From NCBI RefSeq assembly GCF_964355755.1, contig NC_092677.1:27019175-27083174 (forward strand): a stretch of 64,000 bases of DNA, in the 5' to 3' direction. Shown here in pieces: positions 51,182 to 64,000 of this stretch (position 1 is the first letter of the stretch; each line of letters opens with the position of its first letter). The DNA is from Antedon mediterranea (taxonomy: Eukaryota > Animalia > Echinodermata). Made by a program: the position numbers and the translations under genes. Below the pieces are notes generated by a model, which was not told the DNA's origin, made no database searches, and worked only from the letters and a program-made list of their open reading frames with translations.

Positions 51182-54100
51182 CCTGGAGAATATACTTGTC
51201 GAATACCGTACACCATGTGGCCACCAAAAGAAGGGCTTGCGCTTGGGGTACGGCGATCGTGCGTATAACTACTGTATAAATAAATACTATTCCAATCGTA
51301 CGACGTAAACGTTTACAAATAAAATTTTATCGGAGCGCCATAATGAACAAATCTTTTCATCATATTTAGTATAACATCATGCTAAAATGACTTGAAAACT
51401 AGGCAGAAGCAGGTTGCCGTTACGTTAGTTAGTTACTGTAGCTAGGCCTAGCCTACTCAGGCCTAGCAAACGAGGTGACGATAGCCTAGGCCTAGCTAGG
51501 CCTATATGTACAATTTGTGTGGTGAGGCATTTATGTTCGGTGTATAAGACGCACCCTTAATTTAGAGGTCAAATTTGCGTGTCAAAAGTGCGACTTATAC
51601 ACCGAAATATACGGTAGTAAGTATAGGCCTAGGCCTAGCTAGTAAGACGCCCAACACCACCGAGCAGTCCAGGACAGGTGGTGTTAAACTGGGCATACAT
51701 AGTTACAGGGGTTGCGAACACAAATGTGTTATGGCGCTCTGTTGCTGTCGCAACCCCTGGACCGCTTGTTGTCGAATAAAGAAATGAAATGAAATGAAAT
51801 AGCTAGGCCTCTCCCCGTCGTCCTAGGCCTAGGCTAGCTAGTTGTTACTACTAGGCTAGGCCTAATACTAGGCTAGCTTTATTTAATATCGCTAGAGGGC
51901 GCTGTGTATAAGGGAACCAACAATTTAAATACAAAACATGTGTCCCTCCGCGACGGGGGAATACCTATGTTTGTTTTTGTTTTTCGGCGGACTTATTGTA
52001 GTTATGCTGGAACTACTTTCGGATATGACGTCTTGAATATTTGCCAAAAAAATATAAAGTGACCTTTGACCGCGAAATATAATTTTTAGCGTATTTTACG
52101 ATGGTAACAAGTTTTTAATCGGATTTTACTTAAGGAAAACATTAAAGATTAAGTTTTTTGATCGCATCTCTGTTTTCCTTGGATTTTGAAATATAAAGGT
52201 AAGTTTGTTAGATTATTATATTCCTTAGCGCAAAAAAATGAGAGAGTGCGAAAAGTGACCCTATTTAAAAATTGATTAGGCTAGGCCATTATAGAGGGCG
52301 CACTACATTTCGCCTAGGCTGATTGAGAGATTTTCCAAGGCAGGCTAAGTAAACAGATGGCGTCACCTTGTTGGCCTAGACTATTAAAGATAGTTAACTT
52401 GTCTGATTTTACTTTCTTTGTATTAAATTTACCTTTATTTTATGTTATATCCATAAAAACAACACCAAAAGTGAAATTTATATTTTTAGGCCTAGCAAAC
52501 CATTAAATAATTTTAATTTTTTTTCCTCTTATTCCTAGGCCCTCCTAGTCTATAATAATTTATTTTTATTTTAACTTTATTTAAATGTTTTTTTTAATTT
52601 TCCTAGGCTTATACAGTATATATATAATGTGAACTAGACTTATGCTCAGCAAGACTATAATTAATATAGACGTGGTCAACCTTGAATATTGTTTTTATTT
52701 GTATTCCTCATTACTCAAGAAAAGTAGTTTTTCACTATATTGTTAATTTGAACACTAATAATATTAACTTGGTTTTCTTTTCTTTCTTTACATTCTAGAA
52801 TAAATATTTCTGCAGTTTCTGGATGATATACAGTAAAGAAGTCCATTGAAACCAATTGACTAAAGAAGAAACAACTCTATTCAAATGTTTAATGAACTGT
52901 ATTTCTTATTTATAGCCTGGAAAAGAAATTAAATCAAATTAGTTTCATATTAAACTCCACTTTGATTATTTGATTTCCAAATTAGCACATACAAATTATC
53001 TAAACATTTACTTAAACCATGAAAGGTCTTGCGGCATTGAAAAATGTTAATATTTTATTCCATATTCTAAATTTACTGTACTAAGCGTATGAACTTAACT
53101 GCTAACCAACATAAAATCTTGGATTTATGTAGATATTCAATGATATCTTATGATAATAAACATACAAATATATCATCATTATATCTATTAACCTTTTAAA
53201 GTATGTTTTCTTCAAAAAATTTGGGTTTTTAGGATGGTAAATATATATTTATTAGTGTTTATTACAAATTGACCTTTGACCTCATATGTGATGACCTTTG
53301 ACCTCTTGCAAAATTTAAGTACTTACTTAATTGTTGGTGTTGCCGTACTAATGTTTCGTAAGAAGTTTATTAAAAAAATATTCATACAAATGGTACTTGA
53401 ATTTTCTGTTGTGTATTTGTTTACATAGGCTAAATACACACTGATTACACACAAGGGAAACAATAATAATGCATTATATAATAGGGATATCGGGTTACAA
53501 AAGGTCGACACTAAAATTGCAATATCTTTGGTGATAATTGGCCAAATTTCATAATTTTTGTTTTAAAATGATTCTTTCACTTACCTCTATAATGTAATAT
53601 TGTTTAAAAGACTGTAAATTAAATTAAAAAATTTAGGAAGTAACCTAACTAGGCCTAGGCCTATAGGCCTAGCCTAGTTAAGTAGGACTACTAGATAGGC
53701 TAGTACCCACGCTTAGCCTGATAATTTCATAGTGTAATAATGAACATTATCATATATAATATTAAATACACTTACTATCTCAAACTAGCCTATAAATGAG
53801 GAGTTATTTGTATTTTGATTGCATTTGCAAAAAGTCTGATCGTCTCGCGTGGTGTCGGATCGTCTGCTGTCTATCCTCACTTTTAAAACTATAGAGGGGG
53901 CAGTCCAAACTTTTAACAAATATCGTTCACAAAGAAAGATATACGATTTTAAATTACTTCTTCTTCTTCTTCCAATTTAGTGCAAACTTCAGACTTGAAG
54001 ACTAAAGCACTTTGGTGGGATGTGGGGCGAGTGAGTTAGTTTTTGTAAAGAACCCCCTTAAATGATTTAAAAGTTGGTGCCTTTACAGTTGATTCTGCTA

Positions 54101-54946
54101 GGATGTTCCAATCTCTTGACGTTCTGGGAAAGAAGGACATCCGATGATAGTCGGATAAAGTATTATATCCATTCATACAAATTACAAGGAAAAAAAAGAT
54201 TTAAAATTGCTCACTAATTTTTAAAGAGGGCATAATTGTGAATTTTTTTTCAATTGGTTATGTTTTATAATTAAAATTAATCTCTTTAATTGTTAATACA
54301 GTATTGTAATGTTTTTCACATTTTGTACTTGTCAGTTTTATCTTTTTTAAATGATGAATACATGCAACAAAATCAAAGTTCCAAAATGAATTGTCTTTAT
54401 TCTTTATTATATAATTTCCGATACATTATTCCAATATTGTAAATGAAAATCTATGTCAATATTACGACGACATTGGTGTCCGATTCCTGTATAATTAAAC
54501 CTACATACTATGACATCACTGGTTCATAATTTCTTTAAATTATTTCAGGTCTTTTTCAGGAACCATATCTGGCGCTGGGAAAATTAATTTGATAACAGGG
54601 ACGACTTTGCTATATCACAAAACAAATTTGGGTCAAAAATATATTCTACCTCTTAAAATAATACTGTATAGGCCTATATATCATAGCATAGATCAGCTTT
54701 ACAATGAGAGCAGCACCACTTGCACTACATCCCGATTTTTTATACATTGTAAACATTTCATCTAAACTCGATATTCATTTTAAGATTGAAAATGGCACAG
54801 AAAGTCCTAAAAAGGGATGAAAACTGTGTCCCTTACAAAGGAAAATAGGCAACATGCAAAGTTTATTAAACTGATTAAAATGCAATGTATATTCCATATA
54901 TTGTTTTTGCTCCAAAATAATTACGATTTATCAATTTACGATTTAT

Positions 54947-57900
54947 TCAAAAAAAGTATGATTTTAAGAGAACAGCAAACAGCAACACGAGTAATATCAA
55001 TAGGTACTGTGCCAAAGTGTACACAAAGTTCGTATACCGAACTTTAGATAAACGAGTTTTTGTTGGCTTGATCGTTTTGCGTGTGCTGTCCTCAATTGCG
55101 CCAATTGCACCGTCCCACGAGTGTGGACCAGTGAGCCGAAATATGTACGGATTGATGGTTCCAAGCGCCAACTTAAGAGCAAGTCTTGGTTTCGTGAATA
55201 AGTAAGTCCACGGACTTGGTAGGCAACCGATTTCCTTCGCAAGATCCAGAACATACGGTATCCAGAGAACCTGAAAACAAAACACAAAAGAACATATTAA
55301 TAAAAGATTTTATTGGACAATAGCACGTAATAACAAAATTGAATGAGGCAGTCTATGATATCAATCTGGTTATGACTAGTGTCCCCTGTTTCTTATGCAA
55401 CGCCAGACAGACTTGCAATTTTCCTTGGCTCCTTTTTGCGGCCATTTAAGTTTAAATAATAATTATTTTTAAGTTGTATACTTACATATGAATGAACACT
55501 TCCATGGTCTCTTAAATTTTCTTCCCTTAGAGTGTTCGCCGCTGATCGCATTACGCTATCTGAGGGCAGTTTGCATTTCCCGCTGAAAACTCTAGCAACC
55601 CATCGTGACTGAAGCTCGTACGATGACGCTTGGGGTCCGAGACCTTTAGCCAAACCAACTGCTGCAAATGTTGGGTGGCCTGGCAGAAAAATGTACTTGT
55701 ACAGGTCAAACTTATCTTCCAGAGACTCTATTTCAAAATGGAAAGGAATAAAATTAGTATGAAAAGTAATGCTTGCGGTAAGACTTGGTTAGAGATACAA
55801 CGCAGGCAAGTTGACCAATGACAAGCCACTGATCGAATAATCCATCACTTGTAATTGGTCAAATCACTTACATTGTGTCTCTAGTGGGAAGCAAGCTCAA
55901 GAAACTGGGACAAATAATGAATTTTGTTGGGAGTGTCTTCAGGCATCAACCTACCTCTCATGCTTTTATCTTCGAGGTATGGGTAATACTTTTTATACCC
56001 CGTAGCGAGAATCACCGCTTCAACGTCTTCTACACGAGAGTCGTCGGCAAACACTACACTGTCCTTTGTCAACATCTTGATTTCTGGTTTTATCTATAAA
56101 CAATAACACAAAACTATTTATTTATTTATTATCATCTTTAATGAGGGTGGCCTACCAGTACATCAAATATATACTTATAAAAGTTTATATAACTATTTCA
56201 ATGTTTACCATAATTATTTATTTTGGTAGCTGAAAAATTCTGTCTCAGTAGACCTTCATCAGTGCTAGTGTTTTTCTTAATCTCTGTTTACACTATCTAG
56301 CTTTACGTAAAAAAAAATGTGATGTGCCCATATATGGACATGATATATGGACATGATGATGTCATATCACTACCATATTTGGGTGTCATCGTAATATACC
56401 TTTAGTTTTCCGCATAATATCTGGTCATTAATGGAGTCATTCAACATAATACTCGCCCCGCTATACAACCGAATGTCACTCTCTAAGCCAAGGTCTTCGT
56501 GATTCACTAGAGCTCTGAAGACAACCTCCAGGTACAGCTCCTGGAAGCATTCTGGCATGTAGTTGAACCATCGGGTTAGGATGTGCAAATCCCATGGTCC
56601 CGCGCCTCGGAAGGTTCTTCGCATGACCCAACATCCTCTACGTGTACTCATGTACGTCTGAAATTAAGAAGAAATTCAGGAATCAGTTGAGGAAACACAT
56701 CCCTATCTCCATATGCACACATTGAATTAATATGAAATTAAATATGGTTAGTACATTAGTAGATTAAGATATCTCATCCCGATATAGACATTTTCAATGC
56801 CTATATGGAGATGGGGTACAATGCTAGAAAAAGATTTAATAATTTACGAGGTTTGTCGAGTTCAACAAAAACCTCCAGATATGTAAAAATTATTATTTTA
56901 ACAGTTAATATTTATTTACCATGTTACTATGACGACTGCAATCAACGGCAACGTCTCCGGCAGAAAATGAAGCTCCTGAAATAGAAACATTGAACATTTA
57001 GATTTAAATATAATAAAATTACATTTTTAAGATGACATTTTTTTGGTCATATCTATGACACGTAGTCTACTCATAGATGACGATAAACTATTTATTTGAT
57101 TAGATAACCAAACTAAAAGTGTTCTAAATAAGAACAGTCTGAATTTGTCTTTCCTTTTAAGTAATATTTTGTGTCATGTTACAGAGGTTTTGTATTTCCC
57201 ATGCAAGTGTTTTTTTTACCAAACAAATAAGGTACTGGTACTTTAATGGGATTGGTAACACAACAACCATAACTGCAAACTTAATTAAAATGAATTATGG
57301 TAAATGACCTTATTATAAAAATAAAATTAAACCAAATCTGCTAAGAACTGAAACCTTTCCAATTTATTACAAATTGCTGGTCGAGGAAGAACATTTCAAA
57401 CCTAGATCCATCGTTCAGATTTCATAGTAAAATATAATGAGCAGCGCTATCAACCTATTATTGGTTTAGAGTTGGCACTTAAACTTGGGTTTACAGGGAC
57501 AATTAGCATGTGAAGTCTGTTGCTGGTTGATGGTGTCTACAAATTGAAGTATACACTATGTCTAAATTTTCATTTCTTTTGCTTTCAAATGTTAACTCGA
57601 AAGAATTCATCTAATCTAAAAAAGCTACGGAAATTATTGTTAAATTAACTAACTTCTTACCGAGGACCACAACTTTTTTCCCAATATAATCCGTCCCTCT
57701 TCTAAATTCTTGAGAATGATAAACCTTTCCAGCAAACTCTTGTTGTCCTGGAATATCTGGTGCGTTGGGAGTTCCTTGAAGTCCTGAGGATACTATCAAG
57801 GCATCAACTTCAGTTTCTGTAACGTTACCATTGTCCACATCTTCTGCAACAATCTTCCATCTACCAGATCCGATGTCGGTTATCTTGGTGACTTTTTGGC

Positions 57901-60177
57901 CCAGACGAATGTGTTCTTTAAGTTTGAAGTGCTCGACGTAACTACGCCAGTAGTCTTGCATTTGCCTTGGAGTAGGGAATGGTGGGTAATCCTCGGGGAA
58001 TGGGAAGTCACTCATGCACATCATCTCCTTACTGGTGTTGGTCGTCAGACTATCAAACATGAAGTTGAAACCTTTTTTTGTTTTTTCATCGTCAGTGTAC
58101 CAGACTCCACCTAAATATGAAAACATCAAAACATAAATTAAATTTAAGTTATTTTGGTTTAACAAAAATTATCTTGTTAAATTTAATATTTTATATTGTT
58201 ATAAGTATATAGTACAGGGGTATATTCATTTGATTCCAGTCATGTCTGATGGCTCATGACTGTAATGATGAATAGCCAAGAAGGTCGACGGTCTTCAGTA
58301 AGTTGATATATTATATGTGTAGGTTGTCCAATTAAAGTTTTTATTCTATCAAATCAAATCAGGGGTATAGACGTTATTTAAGTTTATATATATTTTAAAG
58401 AGGGCCCCTAGATATCAGCTGGCCTGAGGGTACACTGGAAGGGTTGACCTCTATAAAGTTGAAATGAAATTAGATAAAATTAAATAATCAGACATAAATT
58501 TAGGCCTACCATTAGATGAATTTTTGCACCTTGCATTTTTTAACCCCCTTCTTCTACTATTGGTGTTTGGGGGGGGGGGGCAGGGGCTGTGTGGAAGGCT
58601 GTGATTTTTAATTAGCTACGACATCAACATTAAAGTTCAAACCATCTATAAATAGCCCATAAATTAAGCAAGAGTACAAAAAATGGTAAAGTTATTAAAT
58701 TTGCTAGTTTATCTCAAGGACATCTAACACGTGGAGGAAATTTCCATCCACGCCTGAATGAACTATGACCCCAATTGCACTTAATAATTATGTTTGGGCC
58801 CAATTTAATTGTTTGGGTCACATCGTACGACTTCTCAGACAATTCATATTATATTTAACAAATTGTTCATGCTCCACTGGGTTTTGTCAGTCCAATAAAG
58901 CGCCTTGGGATGTGTTCTGGTTTTGCCGCTACAGGATCTGCTTCTACAGATAAAGCATTCATCAGATTGAATTATATAACTTAGAAGTAATTATATACAT
59001 TTAGTAAACTCAAAATAAAGATTTTTTTATTGCAAATGTTTTTCTAGTTTGGTTTGTGTTTGACTTTTTCAAATTCAAACACATAATTTATTTATTTTAT
59101 CTTTAACTTTCTTAAACCCTCCATTCACATGATACCAGTATAGTCAGGGACCCTCTTAAATTGTTTAACATAAATGTTATAAGAATTTTTTTAAGGAAAC
59201 AAATTATTATTAATAATTAATCATTAATCTGCACTTCTCTTTAAAATTTAACAGAAATTATCAACAAGTTAAAATTAATTTCATTAATAATACAATTTAA
59301 TAAACTAATTTAACTAAATGGTGAACATGTTATATATTTATTTAATTACGAATGACAAAAAGCCATTATTTATCCAATAAAGCTGCCAGTATGGTGGCCA
59401 GGGAGGTATAATACCTCCCTGGTATGGTTGACTCACAAGTTTTTTAGGACCCAATGGAAATAATGTGCTACAAAACTTGTTGGGCTACCCTGGGAAATCT
59501 TCTATAAAATGTATTATTCATTTGTAATGTCAGTTGTTCAAATGTTATAACTGTGTGTGTATTTTTTTGATTTTCCAAAAAATGTAAAATCAAATCATAT
59601 TTGAGGAAATTTTGTAACTACAGGGAAGGTGAGATGAGGAAAAATTACATTTACAATAATATATACCTCAAAATACAGGTTCATATTCTAAAATAAAGAT
59701 AAAGTTTCATTTTGTATGGATGACAATAGGCCTATATAAATTATGCTATTTTGCGACCAGACTATGCATATTTATTATGCCACCATAGGCCTACTGCTAA
59801 AAACCCACATTATTGAAATTTTCCCGACTTTTAGAGGAATTTCCTAACTAATTAAACAGTTCTACCGTCCTAAAATGTGACCTGCGTGCCCGGTATATTC
59901 CTTAGGGATTCAACAGTCGAGCTTCCCATCTACTAGATGGGGTTGGCTATCAGACGAACACGTGTTACTTAATCTTCAGCTTTTAAACCCGAGAATAAGA
60001 TCCAAAAACTGAATCGCTAAAGATAACAGAGACTTAACTTAAGTAATAATACTTTGACTTACCAAACCCAGATTGTCTTTCGAAGCATATCGGCTGCAGA
60101 CCTTCCTCCAAACAACTTTTAACGGACGTAATTCCACTTGAGCCAGCACCAATGATACCTACCGTCCGAATAGCCAT
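54947..60177 (-). CDS. Flavin-containing monooxygenase (FMO2/FMO5-like), copy A, seven exons
   Basis: Exons 60177-60063, 58110-57661, 56975-56920, 56657-56400, 56093-55955, 55727-55486, 55270-54947. FAD motif [29 protein letters not shown] motif [16 protein letters not shown] motif [28 protein letters not shown], hydrophobic C-terminal anchor. Confidence 0.93.
55783..55897. mobile_element. MITE family B remnant in FMO-A intron
   Basis: cttggtt...ttgaccaatgacaag...cttgtaattggtcaa...ctagtgggaagcaag; related to 62696-62838. Confidence 0.65.
56281..56383. mobile_element. MITE family A, truncated copy
   Basis: tctctgtttacactatc...gtgatgtgcccatatatggacatga...cactaccatatttggg. Confidence 0.8.
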
Positions 60178-60527
60178 CTTGAAAGTTTCAAAGACTTGAT
60201 TGAAGCGCTGCTTTCAGCAAACAGACTAAAATGCAAATACGTCAGTTCTTGCCTGGCCACAAATTGAAAAAATAAGTTGGCGCATGCTCAAATCAGCATC
60301 GGGAAATGTATAAATCAAAACTATTTATTGTTTCCGTGCAAGCGATTATGGGTTTTTTTAACCAACTGTGAAATATATTTTATAACAGAAGATCTTCATG
60401 ATATCAGATGAAATTACTTTATAATCAAAATTAATTATGTTATTTCAGTATTGTAACGTTAGTAAAATCGTGGGTGGATAGGCCTATATTATATTTCGAT
60501 ATCTCCATGGTAAAATTAGGCCTACAG

Positions 60528-60870
60528 TTATACTGTCTGCCCTGTGTGGCATGGAAGCATCAATAAGGCCCAAATATCGACCATTGAAAGAGTGCAAAAG
60601 AGAGTTTTACGTATTATTCTGGGTCCCGCTTTCCTTACGTATGATTCAGCTCTTGAGCTTACTGATATGACCACTCTCGCATCCAGACGAGAGACGTTGA
60701 TTCAAAAATTTGGAGAAAGGCTCTTGAAATCGGAATTGTACAGAACTATTTTGCCCGACTACCGCATTATTAATAGAGAGCTTAGATCAACCACGGTAGA
60801 TAAACCCCTAATTAATATACCTGTTTGCAGAACTAACCGTCTTAAGACTTCGCCTGCCTTACCATAAGTA
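60528..60870 (+). mobile_element. 5'-truncated non-LTR retrotransposon fragment (post-RT C-terminal region, CR1/L2-like)
   Basis: VWHGSINKAQISTIERVQKRVLRIILG...YDSALELTDMTTLASRRETL...CRTNRLKTS resembles the conserved W...IERVQKR.LR.I...L..RR tail of LINE ORF2. Confidence 0.8.
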
Positions 60871-61899
60871 GAATCCTTAATTCAAACAGTACCTGATCAC
60901 GCTGAAGATGGCTATGTTATAAATATTTACATATATTGGCCTATGCATTTGTATATAAATTTTGTAATCTTTTTAACATAACATAATTTTATTTTTTTAA
61001 CTGATTTTTTCAAATTTTTTAATGTTTTGTATAAATTTTTGTATTTTTTTTAATGTTTCTGTTTCCATATATTTATATATATATTTTTGTAAATCAACAA
61101 TTTCAGCCTTCGTGCTGCATGTTTTTTATTGTATAAACCTGAATAAATAAATAAAAAAAATAAAAATACCGTAACCGCTTATTTTTTAGGACTCCGATTG
61201 TGGACTTTTTTTCGTGATTACTTTTGCAAACTGAAAGAGATGTCTTCTTCTCAAAATAAATGCTGTAAATGTCGTGAATTACTACTATATATGATTTTTG
61301 TGCCAATTTTACATATTTGCTATTATTAACAAGAATTAGAATATACAAGATGTAGGCCCTAATACAAGTACCATTTGACAATAACTTGTAGAATAATGTA
61401 TGAGGTTTGATTGTTGTTGTAAGATCATATAATTTATATAAGGCTATTGATATGACAACACGATCAATACATTTCTATTGTTTTGACATTCAAATCTCAA
61501 AAAGATTTTCAAAGGTTTCAAAAGTGTTACGGTATACGATTTAATTGAATTCATATCATGAACTTCGACGTTGCTAGAAGCATTAAATTAAATAAAACAG
61601 CAGTATGTCGTTCAATATGAGTATTATACCTACCATGGTATATTTTACTGATTATTTTATTGAGTAATAATATATTCACATTTATTCCTAGTTTATGCCA
61701 ATTATGGCACATTTCGGTCTACTTGAATTAACCAATTAAATCATCACCATAAGACAGATAATTCACACACGCGTTGCTTGCTTGTGCGCGTGCGTGCCGT
61801 GCCGTACGAGGTGCCGCACGAAACAGTACATGCGAACTAAACCATTGTGCCCTCCTGTAGGCCTATGTTTAAAGACTACTGGAAATATAAGACAGGAAA

Positions 61900-63965
61900 T
61901 TACATAAAATACCATGAGAGTAGCAAAGCAGATACCAAAACAAGTACTGCTAACAACGCCTGTTCTGCCAATGTGCGCACGGCGTTCTTATAAGGCACTT
62001 TAGGCACGCGCGTTTTCGTAGACTTCACCGTTTTACACGGGACTTCCTTAATTGCGTTAGCTGCGCCGTCCCAAGAGTGCGGACCGTTAAGGCGAAACGT
62101 GTACGGGTGTACAGATCCTAATGCTAACTTTAGTGCGAATCTCGGACTCTTCAACAAGTAACTCCATGGATTTGGTAGGCAGCCGATTTGTTTGGCGATA
62201 TCCAGAACATATGGCGTCCATTGAACCTAAAACCCACAAAAGTATTTTTATATACAGTACGGTACTTATATATATTTGCATAGACTAGCATTTGGTATCA
62301 GTAGGCCTATTGAGTTCAGAGGCTCTGCTCTCAGACTGATAGGCCTTTTTTTTAAATAACTCTTAAATATGAATGTATACTTACATATGCATGAACGCTT
62401 CCGCGAGCTGTATTTCCATCAGACACTGCCTTGACTTCTGCCTGCATCACGTGGTCTGAGGGCAGTTTGGATTTCCCGCTAAAGACGCGCGCAACCCAAC
62501 GTGACTGAAGCTCGAACGCTACACCCTGGGGCCCGAGACATTTTGCAAGACCAAGTGCAGTGAACGTCGGCTGCCCTGGTAGGAATATAAACTTGTACAA
62601 GTTGAACTTTTCTTCCAGAGATTCTATTGTAACAAATGAAAAGGTAATTTAGAAACTTTCAGCAAAACTCTCAGAAGCAAAATAAATGTTATACTAACTT
62701 GGTTCCCACTACGAAATGCAACACAAGAACGTAAGCGCAACGCAAGGATTTGACCAATCACAAGCGGGATGGATTATTCAAGCATCGTTTCTGATTTGTC
62801 AACTCGTCCTTGCGTTGCTGCTAGTGGGAATAACGCCTAAGTGTTATTCTAGGCTGTAGGCCTACCTCTGATACTTGTATCTGCGATATATGGATAGCAT
62901 TTCTTATATCCAGTAGCCAGAATCACCACATCAACGTCGTCCAAACGGGAACCATCGACAAATTCTACACCGTTCTTTGTCAGCTTTTTAATTTCTGGTT
63001 TTACCTATAATCAATGAATATCATTATTATAATCCAATGCTTCTTATTGATATAAAAGTAAGCATTTTGTAGGCCATAAAAAGATATATGCCTACACATT
63101 CCCTTCCTACACCACCGCACATTCTGAGGAAAGAGAGATGTGGTCGGGTAGTGGTTTAGGGGACTAGTGAATTGCCAATGGCAAACTACGGTACATTTTA
63201 ACATTAAGATCGGTAGATATATGTTATATTGTTGTATATAGAATAATAGATAAAGTATCACATTCTTAATGTAGTTTTAGGATGACCTTTTTAGGTTCGT
63301 AACATTCATGTCTATTTGGCAGGTGTTTTTACCCCATGCATGGAATCATTTATGGAACGCATTGAGGGCACAGACTCACACGTTGGAAAACACTAGGCCT
63401 AATTAAATAATTAAAGATATATTGTCTCCCCAAAAAAATATTGTTTTCAATCTTTTTTTTAACATGCTATTTTAATGTCACGCAATAGTTATTCACTTCA
63501 AAAAATTAAAATTAACCGTTTCTTTTGTATTTTTATAAGTGAAATAATTATTATTTTGTGTGGTTTTTATTTAAAGAAGTGATTAACTTATTAAATCTAA
63601 AAAAGGTCCTATTTAAAGTCTGATTTTATTAATCTTAATTTTTCATGTTTTTGGGGAACAATACATCTCGTATTGACCAAGTACAAGCTAAGGATTATTC
63701 GAACTACCTTTAGTTTTCCGCAAAGTATCTGGTCGTTTATTGAGTCATTTATCATGACACTAGCGCCTGCGTACACGTGCACGTCACTCTGTAAGCCCAG
63801 GTCTGTGTGATTGACCATGGCTCTGTAAACCGTCTCTAGATACCACTGTTGTAGGTTGATCGGCATATAGTTAAACCATCGGCTTAGGATGTGTGTATCC
63901 CAAAATGCAGCACCTCTGAATGTTCTTCGCATAACCCAACATCCTCTACGAGTACTTAAGTACGT
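61900..63965 (-). CDS. Flavin-containing monooxygenase, tandem copy B, last four exons (5' part beyond the window)
   Basis: Exons about 63965-63708, 63004-62866, 62623-62385, 62226-61900 with the same intron positions as copy A; [52 protein letters not shown], hydrophobic tail. Confidence 0.92.
62696..62838. mobile_element. MITE family B copy in FMO-B intron
   Basis: cttggttcccacta...tagtgggaa inverted ends, internal ttgaccaatcacaag. Confidence 0.7.
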
Positions 63966-64000
63966 CTAAAATAAATAACATTGATCAAACAGAGTTGTTT

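Larger units (their letters stand above)
49079..51614. mobile_element. Non-autonomous Tc1/mariner-pogo (Tc2-like) element, outer layer of a nest
   Basis: TIR CCGTATATTTCGGTGTA(C/T)AAGTCGCAC at both ends, TA flanks, internal tataagacgcacc repeats. Confidence 0.88.

Noticed and set aside
55873-55954. Extension of FMO-A exon 5 as in ORF 55881-56075
   Set aside because: Paralogue B splices at the equivalent AG|GTAGG, and that donor gives the correct phase; the extension runs into a MITE
56225-56270. Second hammerhead (minus strand CTGATGA aggtc...gac AGAAT)
   Set aside because: GAAA core is broken; at most a decayed remnant

Overview
AT-rich, intron-containing animal DNA, probably an invertebrate deuterostome such as an echinoderm (inferred from gene content and a Deu-domain SINE). 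Spliced genes reconstructed by hand: 3' part of TRPC4AP (+), RREB1/hindsight with 20 C2H2 fingers (-), HSBP1 (+), a USP2/21-type deubiquitinase (-), an uncharacterised 258-aa protein with a P/Q/Y-rich N-terminus and an FGF-like beta-trefoil core (+), SMG9 (-), and two tandem flavin-containing monooxygenases (-, second one partial). The strongest candidate for novelty is the signal-peptide-less FGF-like gene: it keeps the FGF-type phase-1/104-nt/phase-0 middle exon despite strong sequence divergence and carries PPxY motifs. HSBP1 has a U12 AT-AC intron and the convergent USP gene a U12 GT-AG intron. Non-coding DNA is rich in non-autonomous mobile elements: about 11 copies of one MITE, three DNA elements nested inside each other upstream of SMG9, a solo LTR, SINEs, a LINE fragment and a TSD-flanked insert with a hammerhead-like core. 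All calls are by eye, without database searches.
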